A DNA stretch of 62,101 nt, the filler included, from Basidioascus undulatus (Eukaryota): NCBI GenBank assembly GCA_000826855.1. It is 4 parts of 4 records of this genome, joined end to end, with 100 filler letters (N's around TTAATTAATTAA, not from the genome) between each part and the next. Parts side by side here need not be neighbours in the genome. Positions count along the whole stretch, not along the records: positions 10,582 to 40,960 come from JTLS01000112.1; 3 more parts are not named here. One strand, given 5' to 3'. Below are positions 24,072 through 35,694 of this stretch, in pieces (positions within the stretch are counted from its first letter, which is position 1; the number at the start of each line of letters is the position of its first letter). Both the position numbers and the translations under genes were made by a program. Below the pieces are notes generated by a model. The model was not told where the DNA came from and ran no database searches. It worked only from the letters and a program-made list of their open reading frames with translations.

Positions 24072-25447
24072 ACCAGCTCGTTTCATACCATCAACTGTCT
24101 TTGTCCTTTCTTTCGTTACCCCCTGGTATAAGACAACGTTGCACATTCGGAATAGACCTGATGTCGATAAAAAAAAGAAATCTTCGCTTCAAATTACGGT
24201 CTTTGTTATGTTCACGGATAGGATAGACTAATGTCGTTCTAGACTAGACGATCGTGGCCTTTACTGCTGGTCGTGGACTAGACCTAATGGAAGTTCTTGA
24301 GCATCACTACTGTGCTCGTCGTCGTCTTTTGGCTCAAACCTCAACACGCACTGCCTCCTCTGTACCTTAAGAACCGAGCGCTATTAAGCACACCGCGTCC
24401 CGAGCATGATTCAGAGTTCCAACAGCGCTCTGACGATTCGCAGGAGCCGCTTCATACTCTCCGGAAGCTTGTGCAGCGAGGACGGAGAAAGCCGCAAGGC
24501 CGCAGATGCCCTAACCTGCTCGGTAATGTGCGTACAGTCCAGTATGCTCTCTGACTCGGAGCTTTTCAGGGTTTTCGAGAGAACTTAGTAAGGATGTGGT
24601 TGGGACGAGCAAGTAAGGGCGACTGCGATAGCGGTGCGCTTGTAGAATACTCAGCGGTCGTACCAGGATGTGTTCCCCGCGGGAACGTTCTACCTGATGT
24701 AATCTGCTGATGGGAAGCCTACATAATGGGACGTTTTGTAAGTATGGCACTTCTTTATTCCCGTTGACCTTGCCAAAGCAAACGCGAAATCGGTGGGGAG
24801 ATCGCTGGAAGCCGCTCCCGGGCCTACGGCTGATAGTTCAGCGACGCTTCATCGGAAATGAGAGCTCTAACTTTCAGGCTTGGTAACGTCAGGGGAAATA
24901 ATATTTGAGAGCTTATGGAAGAGCAGACCCGAAGGTGCAGCACGAGACTGCGGCGCAAGTTCTGCCATAAATGTCGCCTTACTATGCAGCGTACAATGGT
25001 ACACTGTCTTGTACGGGGACAGAGGGAGCGCAAATGTATGAGATTTTCAACAGTCTACCAGTTCTTTCCATGACATAGTTTTACGCGAAATGTCGCATTC
25101 AATAAAGCCTCTGATCGCATCGCGCTTCGAGGATGCGCTAACAGGCGTTCGCGCATTCGCGTCCCACCCGCCTTCCGTCGACGTGAGTCCTTCTGAATCC
25201 TACGCGCATCCAGTGCTGCCGAGGATTGAGCTGACAAGAGTAGGTGAACTATCAGTGCAGGTATGAGAAGTGCCACAAACGCGAGCAGTCACTTCAGCGT
25301 GCGAGCGTCCACCGCTAAAACACAGGCGCCGGAGCAGCTGACACTGGTGCCTAATCAGCTTCGTCAAGTGATGAAGTACAAGCACAATCAGTCCCAAATC
25401 TACGCAATGCAGCCCAGAACCAGAAACAAGAACGCCTCCCCGACACC

Positions 25448-27543
25448 TCACGCCGCCGCCTTCGGCTTCTTCGCGTGCCCGACCTCGACCCAGTCCCCCG
25501 CGGCAGTGAGGACCTCGCAGCCGTCGTCGGTGATGAGGATCGTCTCCTCGAACTGCGCGGAGCGCGCGCCATCGCGCGTAACGGCCGTCCAGTCGTCCTG
25601 CAAAGTAGGAGATGGAGGTCAAAGGTGGAGACGTGGGGCACACTGGCAGATTAGAGGGAGGAAACGGGCGAACGGGCCAGTGGTCGACGTGGAACGATGG
25701 GGAGCCGTTAACCATCCTTCATGTGGACAAGGCGCGTCAGCATGCGGAGAACAGGAGGGTGAAGAGGAGAGAGGTATGCGAGAGGGGGAAGACGAACGGC
25801 TCAATGGTGAATATCTGGTGGACACGGCAGAACGGATAAGCAGGGAACGGGAAAGACAGTAGGAAAACGGGCAAGGAAAGAGGGAACGAAGGAACGCACC
25901 ATGCCCGGCTTCATGACGCCCTTGCTCCTCGCGTTGTTGAAGTGCAAGATAGTCGGATCTTGGTGGAACTGCTTTCCGACGCCATGTCCTGTATCTGCCC
26001 GCCGACAAAACAGTCCATTAGCCATCGCCTCCTTCCCCGTGCCTAACCCGCGAGCGGAATCACAAGTCCTGACGACGCTGAAGCCCTCCTTCGTGCAGAT
26101 GGGCTCGATCGCCCCGCCGATGTCGCGGAACGGCGTGCCCGGCTTACAAAGCGCGATCGCGGCGTCGAGGGACGCGCGCGTGGTGCGGATCAGGCGCGCC
26201 GAGTCGGCGGAGATCTGCCCGACGGGGTAGGTCGCGTTGAGGTCCTATATAAGAAGGGAGAGGAGATCCAGGTCAGGGTCGGTAGTTGAAGGTGGGAGGA
26301 GGAGGAGGGACGGACGGTGTGGAAGCCTGCAAAGTGAGATGGGCGTGAGAAGGGTTGAAGAAGTGTTACGTTGTGAAAAGGGTAGACGCACCGTCCTTGT
26401 AAAGGGAAACGTCGAGGTTGATGATGTCTCCCTCTTCGAGGGGGCGCTTATCGGGGATGCCGTGGCAGATGACCTCGTTTATTGAGCTGGACACCCGCCT
26501 CATCAGCTCCAGCGCAGAATATGAGGAGAGGACGCAGACACACGTGCAGACGCTCTTGGGAAATTTGTGGTAGTTGAGCGGACTCGGGTACGCGCCCGCA
26601 GCGACCGTCGCGTCGTGCACGACCTTGTCGATCTCGTCCGTCGTCACGCCGGGCTTGATGTGAGACGCGGCAAGGTCCAAGACCTCACGGCCGACCTGTG
26701 AGGGACAGCCAGACACACGAGAGGTACACGAATTAGAGGGGATCGGATGGGGAAGACCAAGGGGAGAAGTGAAAGGGGGGGCGGGGAGAAGACGCACCCG
26801 AGATATCCTCCGCATGGTCTCGATCTGCTCCGGCGTGTGGATGTCGATGCTTGCAAGTCCGCGCGCAAGCTTTTGTTCCTCTCTCGGGATCCCGTTAACT
26901 ACCAACACAGACGAAAGAAGCGTCAGCCGGGGGGAACGCATGGCAGCCACACTCACCCCCCACCACGTCTTCGCCGTCGCCCACACACCATCGTCTGCCC
27001 AGTCGGGCTTAGCGACCCCCTCGCGGATCTGGCGGCGCGGGGAGAGCGGGTAGACGGGTCGGAGCGCGCCGGTGAAGCGGTGAGTAGGGAAGGGGTTGTG
27101 GGTGCCGGGCGGACCCGCGGGATCGGACAGCGCCGCGGCCAAGGCAGCGAGCTTGGAGGAAGCCGCTTTGTGGACGTTCTTATGAGAGGACCCTGAATGG
27201 GGGGAGACGAAGGGGGGGTGCGGTGCGCGGGGTAGAGGTTGAGGGGGAGAGGTGGGGAGATGGGGAAATGGAGAACGGATTGAGCCGAGCAGCGAGGACA
27301 AGATGGCCACGAGATTGGAGAGGACGGACATGATTTTTTGAAGCAAGCCTGGTCGCAGAAGACCGAGTTTTGGATGCCCAGTCTATCCGGGAAGCAATGT
27401 TGAGCGCGTTGAGGCAAGGAAGGTACGGAAACGAAAGCCGCAGGGGCGAGACCGACTCTTTGCACTTTGGGCATTCCAACCTGCTCGCGTCCTTGTTGCA
27501 GTTGAGCCCCTGGCAGGGCAACGACTGGGTTACCGTAGACATG
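25448..27543 (-). CDS. MAP1: Methionine aminopeptidase type 1 with an N-terminal zinc finger, 11 introns
   Basis: CQGLNC...CPKC...[82 protein letters not shown]...[11 protein letters not shown]. Confidence 0.93.
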
Positions 27544-27793
27544 GCCCGGTTGTAGAGTATCCGGCGAAAGGGAGCGACTAGCAGGCGGGCCAGCTTTGTG
27601 GCGAGGAGGAGGAACAGAGAAGAGCAGGAGCAAGCCCGAAGTTCGAAGCCCAACTTGCGGCAAGCCGGCCGACATCGAGTCATGCCTCGGTGGCGCGTGC
27701 TACTCATGCGCCAGCGTCACTACTGGACTGACAGAGCTGCACTCGGTCTCCCACCATTTCCTTCTCAACTATCATCTCCCAGCACCCTTCAGC

Positions 27794-28224
27794 ATGAGCG
27801 ATCCCACCGCGTCTCAGTCGGCTGCCAAACCCATCTTCGACCCCTCCAAGCTCAGCCCCGCGCAACTCCACTCCTTCGTCAACTCCCTCCCCCGGCCCAT
27901 ACACAACCAAGCCGCCGACATCACGTTCTTCCGCCATCCCAATTCCGGTTCCGAAATGCTGCCCGTCCGGCGCGACCTGACGCTCGAGCGGGAGGCCGCG
28001 GTGCGCTCGCGCGACTGGGCAGAGGTCCTGCGCGTGTGCGCGGACAAGATCTACAAGGACCAGGCCGCGCTGGACGCTTCGGGGTACACGCCACACATCA
28101 CGCCTACGAGCGATGGGAAGGTAATGGATGTGGATTCGGAGGGTATAAAAGGGAGAGGGAGGAGCATGCGCAGAAGGTGAGGGAGGCGCAGAGAAAGTGG
28201 ATCGTGGAGAACGGGTTTGCTTGA
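27794..28224 (+). CDS. Small hypothetical protein with a probable 1-nt frameshift near 28141
   Basis: MSDPTASQSAAKP...MDVDSEG continues naturally in another frame as YKREREEHAQKVREAQRKWIVENGFA*. Confidence 0.5.
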
Positions 28225-28935
28225 TCCGGTCTCTCACCGCCACAACCTCGGTCATTGTGGTAAGACGAGCACCAAGAACGGTGAACGGGCGATGTGAAGT
28301 TTGGCTTTTTGGTAGGGGGGGACGAAGGTCGAAATTCAGAAAAGATGAATGCTCGAAGGCTCGCGACCGTCGATTCGTTTGTGACCTGGATGCTCGTCTG
28401 CGTTCCTGGTGGAAGTCTGCAGCTTCGTCAAAGTGGCTTCTGGGACAAGGGGAAGCTGGTTAGGAACGATAAAGCGATTTACAGCACAGCTGCCAGTTGG
28501 TACTTGAGTTCAGTCTATCGCCTGAATATATTACGAATGCTTTGCTTCGAGTTGTCAGTTGGGGGGACCGTCGTCTCGTAAAGATGGTTGGTTGGTCCCG
28601 TTGGATTCAGCTTTCTAAAGCAGAAGAAGCTGACAGATGCACCTCGATGCGTACGGCTTCGACGGTACTCACGCCCCGTGCATTTTCATTGCACAGCCTC
28701 CAACCTCAAGCCTGCACAGTCTCGTTTCAGGTGTCTCTCCACCCGTCCAACTGCCTTCATGGTAGTACCCAGACCTGCCGAGACCATCTAGTGTATGGTC
28801 GACAAGCATGCAAAGTTCATGGACGGCGACTTGACTCGACAAAGTTCTGAATGTCCGATCCCCGGTCTCGCCAGAACAGCTTGAAAGCGCTGAAAGCGCC
28901 ATTATAAACGCCGCTCTCACTCCTCTCTCATCATA

Positions 28936-30170
28936 ATGGCCATTCCTTGGGCCCTCGCAGCACAGCTCTCCAAACTTGACCTTCATCCTGGGCGCAGCCA
29001 CCGCGTCGCGCCGGCTCTGCCTCTACCTCTGGCTACCGCTCACGCTCCTCCTCCAAGGGCACATCTACCTCAGCGCAGGGCTCGATCCCTCCCTGTCTCC
29101 CTTCGAGCGACTCCGTGCCAGCAGCACGGCCGTCATCGGCGCCGCGCGCACGGCCGCGACCTTGCTCTGCTCCGACCCGCTGCGCGAGTACCGCCGTGAG
29201 CGTGACCCGGAGGGATACGAGCCACAGGGGGTGTTTGCCCGCCTGCGATGGGCGGCTGAGCTGTGGCTCACGCCGAGAGGGGTTGGGTGGGATTGGTACG
29301 TCATTACTCAGCTTTCAGATTAATCCAATATGGAACTCTGAACCTTTCCCTCAATTTCACGCCGGCTGTACGCATGTCAAGAACACGCCCCCCTCGCCCC
29401 CCTCCTCCCGCAGTGTCTTCCTATTGCACACCTTCCTAAAAGTAGCGGGTTATTACCTCCTTCTCGACTTGCTCGACGACTTTGTGCACCGCCTCGGGCC
29501 AGAGAACATGCTGGCGGCCCCGTCGCGCCTCGTCCACTTCGGCGTGATCTGGGCGAACCAGGGACTGCTGCGTTGCCTGGTTGCTCTGTGCCGGGACGGG
29601 CATCTCGAGCCCCGCGGACTGCCCGTCCCTTTGGGGAGCTGGGAAGACTATCGGAGCGTGAGGACGTTCTGGGGTAGGGGGTGGCATCAGGGACATCGTC
29701 AAGTGCGTGCGCTGAGGTCGCGGAGTGGGATATGGCTGATGGCTGTGTTCTTGGGGAGGCGTTCACCTTGATACCGCGCTCTGTGCTCGCCAGCCACGCA
29801 CAAACCTGACAGGGGCCTTCATAATTTCCGGAATCGTGAGATACTTCGTCCATTCCCGCGTTGGGGAAGACAACTCACCGTCGTCCCACCTTGTTTTCCA
29901 ATGACAGGAGCACGCCGCGAGGACCTACTGCCTCTCCGCCGGGCACGAGATCGGGCAAGGAACGCTCCTGATCTTCGTCCTGCAGCGCCTTGCCATCGTC
30001 TTCGAGGACAAGGTACTCCGGATCAGGCGCCGCCCTGAATGGCTAGGGAATCTCTGGGCCGCTGCCTCGTTTACTGTGACTCTGCCGATGTGGTGGAAGG
30101 AGTGGGTGCGGGGCGGGTATTATGACTTGGCGGAGAGGCCGCTGCCGGTATCTGTCGTTGAGAAGGTTGT
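28936..30170 (+). pseudogene. MBOAT/wax-synthase-domain O-acyltransferase, degraded
   Basis: Motifs PRGVGWDW and SVRTFWGRGWHQ. Frameshift at TCCAAAC (about 28973), an expected acceptor near 29370 reading TAC instead of TAG, and further breaks downstream. Confidence 0.75.
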
Positions 30171-30582
30171 AGAGCGCTGGATGTGAGCCCCGCTTCAACG
30201 CATGGCTGGAAGCTTCTTTGAACTTTTTATAATCATATCTCCCCTTTAGATAGCAGTGGCACAATGATCGGGGTTGGGTGGACTGTTCAAATGTGAGCCG
30301 TTGCAAGTGCGCCGTTTTCAGCAGCGTTGGAGCGCAGTCGTGTGCCTCTGCCAACATGCTCTATAAACTCTTAAGAGAAATTTGGAACTCGACCTCGCTA
30401 ACAATCTGGCATCCCAATCAGACCTTATAGAGTGAACACCGCGTCCCACAGCCCCGCAAAACCGCAACGATCCCCCTTCAACGAACCCAGCTAATAACCA
30501 CCAAATAGCCTAGGTACATACACTATGAGAACTAAAATAGCATAAGCAGCCACAAACAAGAAAGATAAAAGGTAAAGGACAT

Positions 30583-31340
30583 CTAGAAACGGAAGTATGG
30601 GCGTCGACACCGTGGAAGGTGCCACACGCTCGCGCAGCCAGCGCAGCAATGATGGATGAGCGCGTCGAGCGCACAAGATGGCATTCGAGGGTATGTTCCC
30701 ATCTGTCCTGTCCGGCAGTCAGGACAGCGAGGCCGGAGGTCCTGTGTGTGGAGATACAGTGGCTGAGCAGCGGGGTGGAAAGGTCGAGGCTACGAGGAGG
30801 CGGAACGGAGCTTAGCCCCCCACCCACCCACACCAAGGCGGTTGACCTTATCCTGTTAACCTCAAGTTGGAGGTAATTCAGAGGATTACCAATCAGGGCC
30901 TGTGAAGAGGCGGACCTCGTCAAGCACTTCCAACAGGCACATTCCGCAGAACGTGTGCCCGCATGTCGTCGAGTGAGGGCCGAACATGATATCGGAGCAT
31001 CTGCTCCCTCATTAATCTCATAATTATAAGTCAGCTCTGTTCCATTGAGAGCCCCGCCCTCCTACTCACATGGCGCACCCAAGCTCCTCCGGAGGTACCA
31101 ATCCCACCTTCTGCACCCCCCGCCGCATCAGCTGCCTCAAGCTGGTCCCACACAACCCTCGCGTAGGCCTCCCTCAAAGCCCTAAGCCCCCCAAATACGT
31201 ACTTCTTTTTATCCGGACTTTCAAGTGGCTTGGCGCGAAATGTTTCCGCGGTCAGCCGTTCGTCCCGGAAGCGTGCACGGACTAATCGCGCGCGATTGAG
31301 CGTGGTGCATGCGTAGAATGAGAACACGGCATGGTAGGGC
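30583..31340 (-). pseudogene. C3HC4 RING-finger gene (E3 ligase-like), frameshifted upstream of the RING; 5' end uncertain
   Basis: Splicing intron 31069-31001 gives EELGCAICSDIMFGPHSTTCGHTFCGMCLLEV, and a downstream exon supplies RCPDCR. Confidence 0.65.
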
Positions 31341-32759
31341 CCGGAGTGATAAGCAAGCGGTCAAGGCCAATAGTGGGCCCGGTTAAGGGGCAGGAGAAGT
31401 GCAACGTTCCGCGGAGGTGGAGCGCTCCCACGGTGCTTTGGCTTGCTGCGTTGTGATGTATGGTTGCTGTCGTGGATGTTATTGCAACTGGTTGGCTTGG
31501 GTATTATGCATGTACATCGGTTGATTTGTTTTGGCTGATAGCCCCTGTGGAAGAGAAAGACCGAACACGAGAACGATTACTGGTGAAATCGTTGACACCC
31601 CTTTTGCAGATTTTCTGATCTCCTCCCTCTCCGACACACGCTCCTCATTCTGACCTATGATGATTCATCCTCTCCTCTACTTGACACCTAGCACCCGTTC
31701 CTGTCGGTATCACCGAGGACCTTGAACTCCGCCGCAACGTAGAATCAGCCCCAGCTTCTCGTGCCCAAGCTGTGAAGCGTTCCGCCATCCTCCTCACTCA
31801 TCATTCGTAATTGTAAAACTCACTAGTTGAATGTGCAGATCTACTTTTTTTTAACCGCACCACGCTCCCCTCCGATATCTTCAGGACGGTCGTTTCGACC
31901 ACGCGGCTTGCCATTGGCAACCCAACTGACATGAACAAGGGACAACTATATGGGCCAGGGTCTGGCGCCGGTGTCGAGACATCCACCACACTTTTTGATC
32001 TGGTCTCCAGAAGAAGATTTATGTGTGTTGGTTAACCCCAGGCCCTTGGCGGCTGCGTAGAGGGAAGACTGTCGTCGTCTTGCTGTTGTCTGCCCTCGCT
32101 TCCCAGGAGTTCAGTAGGCCTGCTTGGCATACCAGCCGAACACCTGAGTCTAATGATTCTCAACTGTGCATATGTTTCTTCCTAAAGTGCTCCTAGAGGG
32201 CGGTGTTTTTGTGCTTATGTGCACATTCAAAAGGTTCACGCCTGACAGTAAGGTGGTGATGGCTAGTCGTGCGAGGCTTAACTGCCCGGCGGCCACTGGA
32301 TCGAGGCTGTACGATTGAGGAGTACATAGAAAACCTTAAACATAAATTCGCTGGCTGGTAGCACGCCATGCGTGCTTTCGAGGAAGTTGACATCCACGCC
32401 TCATGCCACATCCAGCGCGATGGTTCCCTAGACTGACCTCGCGCTGACAGAAGCTCTCAGAATACCAGAACCCACCTCAAGGTTCTTATGAATGTGTACC
32501 TTTTTCACCAAAATATGGCGGTCATCTACGAGATTCTTTCAGGTTGTGAGATGCACGAGGGTGGCCACTAACCTTACTAAACTACCTAAGTGGTTCCTCG
32601 CGTCGTGTGGCCTTCCCTTCCCCTCGCGTTCAACACCCACGCGCCAACACTCGCTCTACCAGCTACTTCTCCCTGGTCGATCTGACCCACCCTCCTCACG
32701 ATTGGTTTCGATCGTCTTAAATCGCTGCGAAACACGCTGCCCGCGTCTTCTTCGCGTCA

Positions 32760-33789
32760 ATGTCAGATTCCGATCAACCCTCGGGTTCTGCCCTTACGTC
32801 GACTCCGCCTCCATCGATGCGTAGCAAATCGGATTCGGGCGCGTCGTCCACCCCGAATCAGCCTGAGAAAGGCCGGACGTCGGGCGAGACTGACGACGGG
32901 GAAGGAGAGCCTTCGAGCGAGGTCGAGCGGCTAAAAGCAGAGCTGAGCGCCGCTCTCGCTCGCGCAGAGAACGCGGAGGGGCGGTTGAGGAGGCACGACG
33001 TACGTTCAGAATCTCAGCAGCTTTCGTATCCAAATCACGGAAGCTTACTTATATCCGCGATCCCAGCTCACCCTGCTCAACCTCTCCTTCGGTCGTCGCC
33101 CACATCGCCTCTTATTTCTCCGACCTCAGCGCCTTTTCTCACGCATCGTCTCTCCGAAGCGCCGCGGAGAGCGAAACGCGCAACGCGCTCGGGCCCCGGA
33201 AGGCGAGGGAGGATCAGGGGGTGTACGGCGATGGGACGATCAAGTGCAAAGTCTGCTTTGAGTACCCGGGATTAGATGGTCTGTACGACATGGTCGATTC
33301 CGCCGTGGTGTTGCACCACACCGTACGTCGTCCTCTTCCAGCCTTTATCCCTTCCGCTCAACCCACGCTGACGTGCTGTACAAGTCTGGGCGGCGTTCGC
33401 GATCACCCCTCCCGTATCCGAGCTGCCGTGCAAGGCCCTCATCGCAACGGACGGCATTTACAACTTCGTGGTGCGGAACGAGGCCGGGGTGAAAGTCTGG
33501 GCGTCGTTCAAGGGCTCTGCTCGTGGTGCGCCTGCTCTCTCCTGTCCTGTCTCGCATCTTCAAAAACCTAGCTGAGAGCGAGAACCTTCAACGCAACCTG
33601 TGGACGCCTTTCGAGGAGAACGACAACATTGAAGGTCGAGCACAACACGAGGCGGCGCTGGCGGAGGGAAGGGTGACCAAGTGGAGGGGCGACAATTCAG
33701 GTCGACCTGTGTTCAAGTTGAACCCGTTTAAGGGCGATGGCCTTCCGTCGAAAGTACATTTCCTACTTCTAAGAGACTTTTCTGCTTAG
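32760..33789 (+). pseudogene. Coiled-coil plus F-box-like hypothetical gene with frameshift(s)
   Basis: Exon 1 has a coiled coil (EVERLKAELSAALARAENAE). After the intron, LTLLNLS joins SVVAHIASYFSDLSAFSHAS only through a frameshift at about 33088. Confidence 0.45.
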
Positions 33790-34203
33790 CATGCTAGGCA
33801 TCGTACCCGGCTTTCAGGAGTCCTGCACGCAGTCCTCATCGCACAACTCGCTTCTCATTCTCATCTCACTATGCATCTATGGTCCTGATTCTCCCCAAAG
33901 ATAAAGAACTTCAATGCCGGCCCTTTTCTGCAGTTCTGCCGTATGTGTGGCGCGAGCAGTCAGATTCACATTTGCCAGCTGCACCGACATACGCAAGGGA
34001 TGACGGACGCGATGCGCGATACGCATTGACAGCGTAACATGAGATCAAAGAGTGAGCGGTACGAAAGCGAGTACAAGTATAACAAGGCAATCATAGCGTT
34101 CGAACAAAGCAAAAGAAGGGACAGCTATGCAAGAGTGCGGGGCAAGACAGGGAACCGCATGTGAAGGGCAGAAGAGTGGCAGGAAGAAAAGCAAGATAAT
34201 CCT

Positions 34204-35694
34204 TCACGGCGTCCCCGTCCCCAGCGTGGCCCTCAGATGGAGGTGCGGCACCTGCGTGAGCTTCTCGACCCACGACGCACGCTTCCCAAGCTTCGGGGGC
34301 GGGCGCCGCTCCTGCTCCCTCTCCCTCTCCCGCTCGGACGCGGTTGGCGGAATGGGGTGGGAGACGGACCTGCTCCGCGCGGGGAGGGACGATCTGCGCG
34401 GGGGGGCAGCTGACGGCGCCGGCGCGCGCGGGCCGGGGGTGAAGCCGAGGCCTACGAGCGGTTCAGGCTCGGGCTCGGGCGGCTTCTCGTCGCGCGGGCT
34501 GGGAATGGACGTGGGCGTCGGTGTCGGTGTGCGGCTGCGGCTTGGCGGGAGGGCGAGGAGGACGGCGGAGCCGGTGCGCGGGCACGGCGGGCGGAAGACC
34601 GCCCCGTTTGGTGGAGGGCGGGAGGTGAGCCAGGCCTCGCAGGGCGCAGGGGAAGGTGCACCGGAGAGCGTAGCCGTGGTGCAAGGGGTGAGGGGGGTGG
34701 TCAGCTCGGAGGAGGCCGGCGACGGAGAGGGAGAGGGCGACAGTTCGTCTTCTTCTTCGTCCTCTTCCTCCTCCTGGAAGACCGGCTCGTGCTCGGACTG
34801 GACCTCCTCCGAGGCGACGCGCGGCCTGGGCGGGAGGGAGTCGACCTCGTCGACGCGCACGACGGCCGTCTTCTTCCCGCCCACGCCCCGAAGGCTGCCC
34901 CGCTCCGCCCAGTCCTGCTCCTCCTCCACGCCCTCCAGGAACCCGCGGTCCGCGAACCCCATCCGCCCGGCCTCCTCCATGTCACGCCTGTGTTTGAGCC
35001 GCGCGCCGCGCGTCCAGGGCGGGTCGCGCGTGAGGCCAGCCGCGGCGGTGGCGAAGCATTGCGGGCAGCACGGGCGGAGCGCGAGGATGCTCGCCGCTTG
35101 GAGAGTGGGCGACGTGAGCTGCGGGGGAGGCGCGGCGAGTGAGGAGAGGACTGGAGGGGGCGAGTGGAGCGGCGTGGGACGCCGCGGGGGGAGGGACGAT
35201 GCTCGGCGGAGGTTGGTCGATGATGCGCGTCCACGAGCGCAATCCTCTCCCTCCTCGTCATCCGATGACTCAGCAATCGCCGACTCCCCGCTCCCGCGCC
35301 TCAAGCAGCTCCTCAGCTCGACGTCCGCCGCGCACCTCGGTGGAGGCCCCTGCCCCGGGCGCCTAAACACAGGCACACGCAGCTCCCAGCGCGGTGCACG
35401 GCTCGGGATGAACGCCTCGTCGTTCAAGTTCGCCACGGAGGGGCGCCGCGTCCAGCCGAGCGGGACGGACAGCGTCCGGCTCGAGAGGTGCAAGTCGCGC
35501 GTGAAGGACGCGCGGCGGGCCATCGGCGGTGCGCCGGGGGGGATGACGAGCACGTGCGGGGAGAAGGAGATGTTCTTGTTAGGAGGATGGGAAAGAGGAG
35601 GAGGGGCGCCGGAGGTCGGGGATGTAGGAGGGGAGGAGAAGATGGGGTCGGTCAGGATGCGCGTGGGCGCGGGTGGGGGCGGCGAGGTCGGCAT
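34204..35694 (-). CDS. Intronless Pro/Ser-rich hypothetical protein (about 496 aa) with a CCxxC motif
   Basis: Long GC-rich open frame from ATG 35694 (MPTSPPPPAP...), containing LRPCCPQCF...WTRGARLK. Confidence 0.7.
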   Translation of the reverse strand: MPTSPPPPAPTRILTDPIFSSPPTSPTSGAPPPLSHPPNKNISFSPHVLVIPPGAPPMARRASFTRDLHLSSRTLSVPLGWTRRPSVANLNDEAFIPSRAPRWELRVPVFRRPGQGPPPRCAADVELRSCLRRGSGESAIAESSDDEEGEDCARGRASSTNLRRASSLPPRRPTPLHSPPPVLSSLAAPPPQLTSPTLQAASILALRPCCPQCFATAAAGLTRDPPWTRGARLKHRRDMEEAGRMGFADRGFLEGVEEEQDWAERGSLRGVGGKKTAVVRVDEVDSLPPRPRVASEEVQSEHEPVFQEEEEDEEEDELSPSPSPSPASSELTTPLTPCTTATLSGAPSPAPCEAWLTSRPPPNGAVFRPPCPRTGSAVLLALPPSRSRTPTPTPTSIPSPRDEKPPEPEPEPLVGLGFTPGPRAPAPSAAPPRRSSLPARSRSVSHPIPPTASEREREREQERRPPPKLGKRASWVEKLTQVPHLHLRATLGTGTP

